Assembly: GCA_033764445.1 (NCBI GenBank)
Contig: JANRIZ010000160.1
Span: 3,084-67,083 of the forward strand
DNA length: 64,000 nt
Source of the DNA: Verrucomicrobiia bacterium
GTDB lineage: Bacteria > Verrucomicrobiota > Verrucomicrobiia > JAWXBN01
Direction of reading: 5' to 3'
The notes below the pieces were generated by a model, which had not been told where the DNA came from, did not search any database, and saw only the letters and a list, made by a program, of their open reading frames with translations. The position numbers and the translations under genes are program-made. Positions 35,246 to 44,554 of the stretch are shown piece after piece; within the stretch, counting starts at the first letter, position 1, and each line of letters opens with the position of its first letter.

Positions 35246-36532
35246 TCAAACGCCCGGCACAAGGGATTCCAGGCCCCCCATATAGGGTTTGAGGACCGGA
35301 GGCACCACCACCGATCCATCCGCCTGCTGATAGGTCTCCAGCAGGGCCACAAAAAGGCGGGCCAGGGCGACACCCGACCCATTGAGAATGTGGGGATGGG
35401 CATTCCCCTTGCCGTCGTTTCGTCTGTAGCGCAGGGCCATGCGGCGTGCCTGGTAATCCTCCGCATTGGAGACCGAGCTGACCTCAAGGTAGGCCCCCTG
35501 GCCCGGCGCCCACAGTTCGATGTCGTACGTCTTGGCCATGCCAAAACCCATGTCGCCCGTGCAGAGGACAATCACCCGGTAATGCAGCCCGAGCAGTTGC
35601 AGGACCTTTTCCGCATGTTGCAGCATCTCCTCGTGGGCGGCATCCCCGTCCTCGGGCCTGACGATGCGGATCAGCTCCACCTTGTCAAATTGGTGGATGC
35701 GGAGCAGCCCCCGGGTTCCCACGCCCGCCGCCCCGGCCTCACTGCGGAAACAGGGCGTGTAGGCCACGTAACGGATCGGCAACTGATCCTCCCGCAGGAT
35801 TTCGTTGCTGTGGAGATTGGCCACCGGCACCTCCGCCGTCGGCACCAGATACTGCTCGGTTCCCTCCAGGTGAAAAAGCTGGTCGGCGAATTTCGGGAGC
35901 TGGCCCGTGCCGGTGAGGGCCTGGGCATTGACGATGTAGGGCGGATTGATTTCCGTGTAACCGTGCCCGGTCGTGTGCAGGTCGAGCATGAAATTGATCA
36001 GGGCCCGTTCCAGCCGGGCGCCCGCCCCCCGGTAGAGTGCAAAACCCGCCCCGGTGATTTTGGTGGCGCGGTCAAAATCCAGAAGCCCCAGTTGTTCGCT
36101 GAGTTCGACATGGTTTCTGGCCGGGAAATCGAATGACGGTTTCCGACCCCACTGACGCACCTCCGGGTTGTCCGCCGCCGTGCGTCCGGTGGGGACGCTC
36201 GCATGCGGAATGTTGGGGATGCCCAGCAGCAGATGCCGTTGGTCCTCCTCGACCAGGGACACCTGTTTGTCCAGGTCTGTGATCTGGTCCGAAACCTCCT
36301 TCATCCTCACGAAAATATGGTCGACGGACTGCCCCTTGGACTTGAGAATGCCGACTTCCTTGGAGACACGGTTTTTTTCCGCCTTCAATGTTTCCACCTC
36401 CACCAGCAGCCTGCGGCGGCGTTCGTCCAGCAGCAGCACCTCCTCGATCCGCACCTCCGCCCCCTGGTGACGTGTGGCCAGGCGGGATTTGACCGCGTCG
36501 GGATTCTCCCGGATATGTTTGATGTCCAGCAT
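35246..36532 (-). CDS. serS: Seryl-tRNA synthetase
   Basis: MLDIKHIRENP, TGQLPKF, LVPTAEVP, CFRSEAGAAG, RIHQFDKVE, EVSSVSN, LNGSGVA; start moved to 36532. Confidence 0.98.
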   Translation of the reverse strand: MLDIKHIRENPDAVKSRLATRHQGAEVRIEEVLLLDERRRRLLVEVETLKAEKNRVSKEVGILKSKGQSVDHIFVRMKEVSDQITDLDKQVSLVEEDQRHLLLGIPNIPHASVPTGRTAADNPEVRQWGRKPSFDFPARNHVELSEQLGLLDFDRATKITGAGFALYRGAGARLERALINFMLDLHTTGHGYTEINPPYIVNAQALTGTGQLPKFADQLFHLEGTEQYLVPTAEVPVANLHSNEILREDQLPIRYVAYTPCFRSEAGAAGVGTRGLLRIHQFDKVELIRIVRPEDGDAAHEEMLQHAEKVLQLLGLHYRVIVLCTGDMGFGMAKTYDIELWAPGQGAYLEVSSVSNAEDYQARRMALRYRRNDGKGNAHPHILNGSGVALARLFVALLETYQQADGSVVVPPVLKPYMGGLESLVPGV

Positions 36533-36634
36533 AGGAAAGGCCAAAGAACATAACCGCTGGTACTGCCGGGGCAAGTCTGTTTTCACAGGACATATTCTCC
36601 ATGCAGGGCCCGGGCGGCCCCCGCTGAAAGCCGA

Positions 36635-36663
36635 TTGTCCCGTGGTCCCCCCTGTGCTACAAA
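36635..36663 (+). promoter_or_regulatory. Putative sigma70 promoter of the caspase-fold gene
   Basis: TTGTCC - 17 nt - TACAAA with TG extension, 8 nt before ATG 36672. Confidence 0.45.
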
Positions 36664-36671
36664 CCGTCGAC

Positions 36672-37421
36672 ATGCGGACCGTCCTGTTGATGATACTCCT
36701 CGGATTCCTGGCCCCCCCGTCTCCGGCAACGGCGCAAAATGCGCCGGGGCTGGTGACCGTGGTCAATGAACGGTATCCCGGACGGACCGGTCTGGTGCCC
36801 TGGGCGGCGACCGCCGGATTGCTGGAGGCTCAATTCCGGCAGACATTCCCCGGATCAAAAATCGTCTCCCTGCGAGACACCGAACCCGACACATTGGCCG
36901 TGCGACTCCGCGAGGCCGTTGATGCGTTCCCACAGGGGATGCCTGTGATCCTGTATCTGGCCTCGCATCAGAATTCCGACGGTTCCTGGGAGTTCGCCCG
37001 TGGCACCCTTTCCCGGGGCGGTGTCATCCGTGCGGTTTCCGCGGCGGTGGAGGGGAGGCAAACCTTGATCTTCAACGACAGCTGCCATGCGGCGGCCTGG
37101 GAAAAGGCACCGTGGCCGGAGGGGGTCCGATGTGTCTTTTTCGGGAGCGCCAGGGAATTGAACACCGAAGTCGATCTCGTGAATGATTCGCGGGCGGTGG
37201 CGGAACTTTTTGTCCCGGAACCCCGTCGTTTGCGACAGGAAAAACTCCCCGTGGTGTATTCCTTTTTCGGGGTGCTCCTGCTCAGGGGCGCCGGCATCCG
37301 GGAGCTGGAAAAACCCGGTCAGTGGAAGGAGTGGGTCGGAGCGCTTGACCTGGAGGCGGAAAAAATCCGTGACGCCGTGCCGATGCGGAAATTTCCGGCA
37401 CTGGTCACCTCAGGGTTTTGA
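36672..37421 (+). CDS. Secreted caspase/metacaspase-fold (clan CD) putative cysteine peptidase
   Basis: Signal peptide; LVTVVNERY, VILYLASHQ (His99), LIFNDSCHAA (Cys138), VFFGSARE, YSFFGVLLLRG fall in caspase-fold order. Confidence 0.65.
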   Translation: MRTVLLMILLGFLAPPSPATAQNAPGLVTVVNERYPGRTGLVPWAATAGLLEAQFRQTFPGSKIVSLRDTEPDTLAVRLREAVDAFPQGMPVILYLASHQNSDGSWEFARGTLSRGGVIRAVSAAVEGRQTLIFNDSCHAAAWEKAPWPEGVRCVFFGSARELNTEVDLVNDSRAVAELFVPEPRRLRQEKLPVVYSFFGVLLLRGAGIRELEKPGQWKEWVGALDLEAEKIRDAVPMRKFPALVTSGF

Positions 37422-40400
37422 TTTTTTTCGCCTCAAATTGTTCCGGACTGTGTGTGACATCACAAAGAGAATCAGGCCGACGGCGAAGAGCCAACCCGGG
37501 TAGGGTTCGGGAATCGGGACAAATTGATAGAGACCGCCCCCCATGTCGTAGGTATCCACCACCCCGACGCCGATGAGACTGATCCCCTCGTCGGCATAAA
37601 AGAACATGGTATAGCTGAAAAGACCCGCGTCGTAGGTGGCGTAAAAACGGTCCAGATTGTTCGTTTCACTGACCGTCCCCGTCCAATTGTAGATGTACAG
37701 GGAGTTGCCGTTGAGAGCCAGGTTGCTGATGGTCAGAGTGGAACCGAAGGCCGAGTTTCCAAAGTCGATGATGTTGTTGGTGCCCGAAAGAGCCAGACCA
37801 TTGAGGGTTTCGACATGACCATTGAGATCCAGCTTGGCCGTGTTTTGAAGCGTCAGGGAGGCGCCGTTGGCGATCTGTTCATCCGAGGCCAGACGCAGCG
37901 TGGCATTGCTGATGAGCGCGTCGCCGGGCAGGGCCGTGACGGTGTCGGATTTGTCGAGAAGCAGGGTTCCCCGCGTGATGGCCGTCAGCCCCGTGTAGAG
38001 ATTGGCGGAGGCCCCGCCGAAGGTGATCAGTCCGCCGCTGTTGACGGTGACGTTGGTGGCCCCGGCATTGGTGCCCGAGATGACCCCGTTAAAAATGATG
38101 TCATTGCTGCCATCGACGACCATTTGCTGGTTGTTGAGGGCGACATTGCCGTTGAGGGTGAGAAGACCCGTGCCATTGTTGGAGACGTAGAATCTGTTTC
38201 CCGAGGCCAGCGGGGTGTACACCGTGAGATCGGAATCGATGACATGGTTGGCGGACCCCGTGCGGACCCCCAGCGACGGGTCATTGGTCCCCGAGGATCG
38301 GAAATTCAGGGCGATATTATTGCTCAGGGTGTAGACATTGTTGCCCGCCAGGTTGATCTGGTTGACGGCGAAGTTGGTGGGACTGACCGCAAAAATGGTG
38401 GCCGCCGAGAGGATATTGGTCCCAAAAAGAACCCGGGCCCCGTCGGAATCGGGTACGTAACCCGAATCCCAATCCGCGGCATTGGTCCAGTAACCGGAGC
38501 CGGAGTTGATCCAGATGAAGTCCCCCGAGGTGTGCGGCACAATTTCCCCCGCAGCCCCCCGGACCGCTGCGAAGTTGCCGGAAAGGCCATTCGGATCGAT
38601 GAACCGGATTTTGCCGATCTGTTCATCGGTGATCGAGGCCGGGGTCACGCCGACAAACAACTGGTCAAAAGTCGCCGTGCGGCTGTATTCCTGCACATAG
38701 ATGACCGCGCTGGTGGACCAGAGGAGGGCGGAGCTGTCGGTGAAGCTGAGCACATTGGTTGTGGTGCTGGTGCCATATTTGATTTTGGAGATGACCGTGA
38801 AGCCCTGGCTATCGAGAGTGCCCATGGTTTCGTTGTAGTTGTTGAGGTCCAGAGTCCCTCCGCTGAGGGTGAGGTTGACCCCGTTGGCAATGAGGTTGCT
38901 TGCATTGAGCTGGACAGTGCCACCGCTGTAAACGGAGAGAAGGCCGGCCGCGATGGCATTGGTCCCGGTGGGTTTGTCGAGGAGGAGAACTCCGTTGCTG
39001 ACCACTGTGTTGCCCGTGTAGGTGTTGGCATTGGTGCCACCGTAGGTCAGGGTCCCGGAGCCATCCTTGGTGATGCTGCCCGCGCCGCTGAGGACACTGG
39101 CCCCGGAGAGTCCGATATTGCCGGAGCCGAAAAAGGTGAGGTTGCTGTTGAAATTCGTGAGGTTGCCCGCAATTTGCAGAAGCCCGGAGGAGGACTGGAT
39201 CGAGGCCGTGTTGGAAACGACGATCGAACCGGCGAGGGTGTTGGTATCGGCGATGTTGTTGATCGCGCCCTGGCCATTGAACCCCAGGGCTGTGTTGCCC
39301 GTAAGACCCAGAAGGAGGACCTCGCGGACATTGGTCAAGCCGCCCTGGATTTGGAGTGTTCCGGTGTTGTAGATGGCCGTGTCGTTGCTGACAACCGTGG
39401 TGCCGAACTGGCCGAGAGCGTTATCATTCTGGATGTTCAACCGACCGTCCGTGATGTAAGTCCGGGAGACGTAGGTGTTGTTGCCGGAAAGAATCTGGAG
39501 GCCCGAGCCGTACCGATGAAGACGACTGCCTGCCGAGGCAGTCGTACTGCCGATCACCCCGGCGGAAATCACACCTGAAAACGTATTGGTTCCGGCACCC
39601 TGAATGTCAAAGCCTTGACCGGCGGCGGCGTTGATGCTGACGTTTCCGTTTCCCGAGAGAGTGTTCAACCGGACCAAACGGTTGTTTCCCTGCACGAACT
39701 GTCCGTCGTTCGAGACAACCACCGAAAGTCCGACCCCCCCCGCCATCCCGCCATTGACCGTAAAAACGGCTGAATTGGCGGCACCCACACCATCGCCCAC
39801 CTGCAGGATCGTGCCCACATGGATGGCGTTTCCATTGCCGATACTGACCGCGCCACTATTGAGCACAAAGATTCCCCCGTTTGTCACCTGGCTGGCCGTG
39901 CCAAGGGTCAGAGTGCCGGCGGACACATCGAGCATGATATTGCTGGAACCCACCAAAAGTTGACGGCCCGCGTTGAGTGTGAAGCCTGCCGTCACATTGA
40001 GGGTGCCGCCGTTGAAAACCATGTCATTCGCTGTATTGCCGAGATTGTTATCCGCCCCAATCTGGATGATGCCATTGGCATTTGTGAGATTTCCGACAAA
40101 GGTGTTGGCTCCGGAAAGGGTCAGGCGATTGGTGCCGTTTTTCTGGATACCAGCCGAACCGGTCAGTATCCCGGAAAGGGTGATATTGGTCTGACCGTCA
40201 ATGGTGAGCAAATTCCCGCCGTTGGTGATGTTCCCCGTCAGTGCAAGCACACCATTGGAGGCATTGAAGATGACGGGAGAGCCCAGGGAAAAAGCCTGGT
40301 TGATCGTTTGTGCATTTGTGGAGAGATTCAGGAGGGAGTTGGTGAGTGTAAAAACATTACCCGTGATCACGAAGGCACCCGCGTTATTGGAGAAAGTGAT

Positions 40401-40682
40401 GCCGTTGAGCGTCAGACCGGCAATGTTGTTGGAATTTGACAGACGAGTCGTTCCGGAAAACAGAAGGGCGTCGCCGCTGACCGGGGCGGTGAAGGAGGTC
40501 CAGTTTGTGGGGGTGTTCCAGTTACCATCTGTGCCCCCTCCATTCCATGTAGTTTGGGGATGGATAAATAGTGGATTGCCCATGAAAAATAGTGCAAAAA
40601 TCAATAGCTTACCGCAGTAAAATGGTTTTGCGGCAGATCGGATTTTGAAATTTTTGAGGAGACAGTGCATGGGCGACCTCAA
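37410..40682 (-). CDS. PEP-CTERM surface protein with autotransporter-associated beta-strand repeats (adhesin-like, about 1090 aa)
   Basis: Four xxKxGxGTLTLSGxNTYxG repeats, Asn/Gly/Thr-rich, C-terminal VPIPEP plus TM plus RRKK; start uncertain (40682 or 40670). Confidence 0.9.
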   Translation of the reverse strand: MRSPMHCLLKNFKIRSAAKPFYCGKLLIFALFFMGNPLFIHPQTTWNGGGTDGNWNTPTNWTSFTAPVSGDALLFSGTTRLSNSNNIAGLTLNGITFSNNAGAFVITGNVFTLTNSLLNLSTNAQTINQAFSLGSPVIFNASNGVLALTGNITNGGNLLTIDGQTNITLSGILTGSAGIQKNGTNRLTLSGANTFVGNLTNANGIIQIGADNNLGNTANDMVFNGGTLNVTAGFTLNAGRQLLVGSSNIMLDVSAGTLTLGTASQVTNGGIFVLNSGAVSIGNGNAIHVGTILQVGDGVGAANSAVFTVNGGMAGGVGLSVVVSNDGQFVQGNNRLVRLNTLSGNGNVSINAAAGQGFDIQGAGTNTFSGVISAGVIGSTTASAGSRLHRYGSGLQILSGNNTYVSRTYITDGRLNIQNDNALGQFGTTVVSNDTAIYNTGTLQIQGGLTNVREVLLLGLTGNTALGFNGQGAINNIADTNTLAGSIVVSNTASIQSSSGLLQIAGNLTNFNSNLTFFGSGNIGLSGASVLSGAGSITKDGSGTLTYGGTNANTYTGNTVVSNGVLLLDKPTGTNAIAAGLLSVYSGGTVQLNASNLIANGVNLTLSGGTLDLNNYNETMGTLDSQGFTVISKIKYGTSTTTNVLSFTDSSALLWSTSAVIYVQEYSRTATFDQLFVGVTPASITDEQIGKIRFIDPNGLSGNFAAVRGAAGEIVPHTSGDFIWINSGSGYWTNAADWDSGYVPDSDGARVLFGTNILSAATIFAVSPTNFAVNQINLAGNNVYTLSNNIALNFRSSGTNDPSLGVRTGSANHVIDSDLTVYTPLASGNRFYVSNNGTGLLTLNGNVALNNQQMVVDGSNDIIFNGVISGTNAGATNVTVNSGGLITFGGASANLYTGLTAITRGTLLLDKSDTVTALPGDALISNATLRLASDEQIANGASLTLQNTAKLDLNGHVETLNGLALSGTNNIIDFGNSAFGSTLTISNLALNGNSLYIYNWTGTVSETNNLDRFYATYDAGLFSYTMFFYADEGISLIGVGVVDTYDMGGGLYQFVPIPEPYPGWLFAVGLILFVMSHTVRNNLRRKKSKP

Positions 40683-40922
40683 GTTTCAGGCCGCGCGAAT
40701 GTACTTTACATCTATTTTAAATCAATATCTAAAATTATTAGATTTAGCGTTTTAGGAAAAATTTAACCAATATTCAACTTAAAAAATTTATACCGTATCA
40801 AAAATACGATCAGTGGAATATTTCCGTGACGCAGGGAATCTGATCGTCAGGAGAGTGCAGTCTTCCATCAATGACTCAGACGTGAATTTCTGAAGCCGGA
40901 TATGATGCAAAATGACCAGGTG

Positions 40923-42011
40923 TTATTTGACCAGGTCCGGGAACAGTTCGGCGAGTTTTTGGTAACCCATGAAGGCTGCCGACCGGATTTCGGGGGGATT
41001 GGCGCGGTTCCTGATCAGTTCCTCAAACAGCGGGGCGGAGGCACGGTCACCCATGGCCCCCAGGGCGATGAGGGCGATGCAGCGGACCTCGATTTCGGGG
41101 TCCGTCTGGACCTTGGCACGGACCGCCTGAAGGGACGGCTCCGTTGGAAAATTGGAAAGCCCCTTGATGGCGTCCCGGCGGATGAACAGACTGTTGTTTT
41201 GAAGGGCCTGAAGCAGAACCGGTTCGGCTTTCGGGTCCTTCATCTTGGCCAGAGCCAGGGCGGAAGTGAACTGGGTCAGGAAATCGGGACTGGCCAGACC
41301 CTCCTGAAAGACCGCCTTGTTTTCGGGCGTGGCCAGCATGGTCAACGCCGAGGAGGCATTGTCTCGGACGTAGTTATCCGGGTCGGAGAGCAGGGCCACG
41401 AGCGGTTTGACCGCCTTGCCGTCACCGATTTTACCAAGGGCCTGGGCGGATTCACCGCGGACGAACCAGGAGGAATCCTTGAGCAGTTCGGTCAGCGGCC
41501 CGACGGCGCGTTTGTCGCGGATTTCGCCCAGGGCATTGGCCGCGGCCCGGCGCACCGAGGTTTCCTTGTCGCCGAGGGCTTTGATGAGCGGGTTGACACT
41601 GTCGGTTTCCCGGAGGGAGGAAAGAACCTTGGCAGCCCCCGAGCGGACCACCGCGTCGTCGTTTTTGAGTGCCTCCAGAAGGACGGGATCGGATTTGCGG
41701 AATTCCTGCGGTTTTGACTTGTCGGTCCATTTTTTGGCGAGCAGGGCCTTGTAGGCACTGTAGGCCAGGGTGGGATTATCCCCCTGGAGACAGACGATCA
41801 CGCGCAGGCGTTTGAGATTCAGGTTTTCGGGTTCCTTTTCAATCGCCTCCTGAATGACAAGAACAGCGCGGCCAAACTCCCTGGCTTTGACCAGTTCCTC
41901 CACCTGGGACTTCGCCTGTTTTTCGATCTTGGAGGAGCAACCGGCCAGCAACAGGGCCAGACCCGCGGCGATCAGGAGGCTGGGGACGGGATTGGAGGAG
42001 GGACGCAACAT
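40923..42011 (-). CDS. HEAT/PBS-lyase repeat lipoprotein
   Basis: Lipobox LLAGC; repeated VRRAAANALGEIRDKRAVGPLTELLKD units. Confidence 0.9.
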   Translation of the reverse strand: MLRPSSNPVPSLLIAAGLALLLAGCSSKIEKQAKSQVEELVKAREFGRAVLVIQEAIEKEPENLNLKRLRVIVCLQGDNPTLAYSAYKALLAKKWTDKSKPQEFRKSDPVLLEALKNDDAVVRSGAAKVLSSLRETDSVNPLIKALGDKETSVRRAAANALGEIRDKRAVGPLTELLKDSSWFVRGESAQALGKIGDGKAVKPLVALLSDPDNYVRDNASSALTMLATPENKAVFQEGLASPDFLTQFTSALALAKMKDPKAEPVLLQALQNNSLFIRRDAIKGLSNFPTEPSLQAVRAKVQTDPEIEVRCIALIALGAMGDRASAPLFEELIRNRANPPEIRSAAFMGYQKLAELFPDLVK

Positions 42012-42168
42012 AGGATTCGGAGACTAAAGGCCGGGGTTCCGGGCCACAAGCGGAAACTTGGGGGGGATGACGCGTCGGGACTGCGGGAGGCGGGGGGCCG
42101 ATCCCCAGGACTTGATTGCCGCAAATCCTCCGTGACGCCGACCGGGACACTGGCTAGATTGTGCCGAC

Positions 42169-43137
42169 ATGCAGACACTGCGGCACATGGAGGAGTTGAG
42201 GACACTGCAAAGGCCCGTGTGTTTTGCAATCGGCGTTTTTGACGGGGTCCATCTCGGGCACCAGGCCGTCATCCGGCGTGCTGTTGAGGAGGCGCGACAA
42301 CACGGGGGAACCAGTGTGGTGCTCACCTTTGATCCTCATCCCATGCGGGTGACCCGTCCGCAGGAGAGTCCGCTGCTGCTCACCTCCACGGAGCACAAAC
42401 TCAGACTGATCCGTGTTTTGGGCAGTGAACATCTCCTGCTCGTGCATTTTGATCAGGAGTTTTCGCGGACCTCCCCGGAGGACTTCATCCGGATGCTGCA
42501 CGCCCACTGCGTGAAACTGCAGGAGATCTGTGTCGGCTACCGATGGGCCTTTGGAAGGAACCGGGCTGGAAACATTGAACTGATCGCACGGATGGGTTCG
42601 CAGCTCGGGTTTGCCGTCAAGGGCATGGAACCCGTGGCCGTGGACGGGGAGATCGTCAGCAGCACACTGGTCCGGAAACTCGTGCGAGAGGGGGAGCTTT
42701 CCGCGGCGGCCCGGCTGCTGGGCCGCCCCTATTCGATCCTGGGTGAGGTGGTGCCCGGACGCCGGCTGGCGCGACAGCTGGGTTTTCCGACAGCCAATCT
42801 GTCCACCCATGCCGAGCTGTTTCCCCCCGACGGTGTTTATGTTGTTGAGGTGCTCCTTGGCGGGAAAATCCGTCGGGCGGTGGCCAATATCGGAGTCAGA
42901 CCCACTGTTGAAACAGAGCCCCGGGACCGTCTGCTGGAGGTGCATGTCCTGGATTTTGAAGGGGACCTCTACGGCCAGACGCTTGAGGTCGTTTTTTGCG
43001 CCGCCCTCCGGCCCGAGAAAAAATTTGACACCCTGGAGCGGTTGCAGGTGCAGGTGGGTCTCGATGTCGTCCGGGCCCGGGACTGGCGCGGGGACTGCGC
43101 CGAGGTTGGAGTTGCAAAGACCGGGAAAACACGGTAG
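42169..43137 (+). CDS. ribF: Bifunctional riboflavin kinase/FAD synthetase
   Basis: IGVFDGVHLGHQ, TFDPHP, VSSTLVR, LGFPTANL, LEVHVLDF..DLYG, LRPEKKF. Confidence 0.97.
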   Translation: MQTLRHMEELRTLQRPVCFAIGVFDGVHLGHQAVIRRAVEEARQHGGTSVVLTFDPHPMRVTRPQESPLLLTSTEHKLRLIRVLGSEHLLLVHFDQEFSRTSPEDFIRMLHAHCVKLQEICVGYRWAFGRNRAGNIELIARMGSQLGFAVKGMEPVAVDGEIVSSTLVRKLVREGELSAAARLLGRPYSILGEVVPGRRLARQLGFPTANLSTHAELFPPDGVYVVEVLLGGKIRRAVANIGVRPTVETEPRDRLLEVHVLDFEGDLYGQTLEVVFCAALRPEKKFDTLERLQVQVGLDVVRARDWRGDCAEVGVAKTGKTR

Positions 43138-43148
43138 CCGTCAGGCCC

Positions 43149-44522
43149 ATGATTCACGACACCCGTCAGCGCCTTTCCGTGGCCCAGGCCCTCTCCGCGG
43201 AGCTGCCCACGGGACGGTTCTTTGCCGGTGAGAAATTCCGCGTGGCGCCGGAGCCCTTCACCCTCTCCCGCGCCGTGGCCCTGACCCTCGAACCCATGGG
43301 GCGCCACCTGCTGCATTTTTACCGCGCCGCCAACCTCATATACCGGCGCAGCGTTCTGGGGGAGGCTCCGGCGTGGGTGGCGGACTATCTGGACCGTGGA
43401 AAACCCGCACGCCTGGTGGAACTGTCGCGCCGGAAAAAATTCAATGGCGACCTTCCCGTGGTGTTGCGTCCGGACCTGATCATGACCCCCGACGGACTCG
43501 CGCTGACCGAACTTGATTCCGTGCCCGGAGGCGTCGGATTGACCGGGTTCCTGAACACTTTGTATGCCGCGCAGGGGTACAGTGTTGTGGGCGGACCCGG
43601 TGGGATGACCGAGGGGTTTGGCCGCGCCGTCTCGGGTCGGTCCCGTCCCGGTCAGCCGTTTTTTGCAGTCATCTGTGTTTCCGAGGAGGCCGCGACCTAC
43701 CGGCCAGAAATGGAGTGGCTGGTGGAGCGCCTGAAAGCCGCGTGGCTGGAGTTTGAGCTGTGCACCCCCGCCGATCTGGAATTTCCCGGCGACGGGGTTT
43801 TTTTCAAGGGGCGCCGCATCACCGTCCTCTACCGGTTTTTCGAGCTGTTTGATCTGCCCCAAATCCCCCAGGCCGGGAGGATCATGGAAGCCATGGAGGC
43901 GCGGGAGATCGAGGTGACCCCTCCCTTCAAGCCGCAACTGGAGGAGAAAATGTGGTTTGCACTGTTCCGTCATCCCGCATTGCGTGCCCATTGGCATCGG
44001 GAACTGGGGGATCGGGGGATGGAGTTTCTGGAGACATTGATCCCGCCGACGGTGATCATGGACCCCGCGCCGCTTCCGCCCCAGGGCGTGTTTCCCGTGG
44101 CGGGTGTCCATGAATGGTCCGAACTGGCCTCCTTTTCGCAGAAGGAGAGGGATTTTATCATCAAGATTTCCGGCTTCTCGGAAAAAGCCTGGGGCAGCCG
44201 GGGCGTGTATTACGGACGCGATCTGCCCACGCCCGAGTGGAGCCAGGTGGTCCGGGAGGCCCTGGACGGATTTTCAACCCATCCGCATCTCATCCAGCGT
44301 TTCCGGCACAGTGCGGTCATTCCCACGGAGTATCTGGAGGAAAAAACCGGAACCCTGGCGCTGATGCCCGGTCGGGTGCGCCTGTGCCCCTATTTTTTTG
44401 TGACCGGCGACAATCCCGAACTGGGAGGCATTCTGGCGACGGTCTGTCCCGCCGACAAAAAAATCCTGCACGGGATGGATGATGCCATTCTCTCCCCCTG
44501 CCGGTTTGAGCCGTCCCCTTGA
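43149..44522 (+). CDS. Circularly permuted ATP-grasp (glutathionylspermidine-synthase-like) protein of unknown function
   Basis: LRPDLI...LTELDSVPGG, LYRFFELFD, PPFKPQLEEK, IIKISG...WGSRGV, LIQRF, VRLCPY. Confidence 0.65.
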   Translation: MIHDTRQRLSVAQALSAELPTGRFFAGEKFRVAPEPFTLSRAVALTLEPMGRHLLHFYRAANLIYRRSVLGEAPAWVADYLDRGKPARLVELSRRKKFNGDLPVVLRPDLIMTPDGLALTELDSVPGGVGLTGFLNTLYAAQGYSVVGGPGGMTEGFGRAVSGRSRPGQPFFAVICVSEEAATYRPEMEWLVERLKAAWLEFELCTPADLEFPGDGVFFKGRRITVLYRFFELFDLPQIPQAGRIMEAMEAREIEVTPPFKPQLEEKMWFALFRHPALRAHWHRELGDRGMEFLETLIPPTVIMDPAPLPPQGVFPVAGVHEWSELASFSQKERDFIIKISGFSEKAWGSRGVYYGRDLPTPEWSQVVREALDGFSTHPHLIQRFRHSAVIPTEYLEEKTGTLALMPGRVRLCPYFFVTGDNPELGGILATVCPADKKILHGMDDAILSPCRFEPSP

Positions 44523-44554
44523 AGCCGGACGCCGGGACAGGGGGTCGGATCGGT

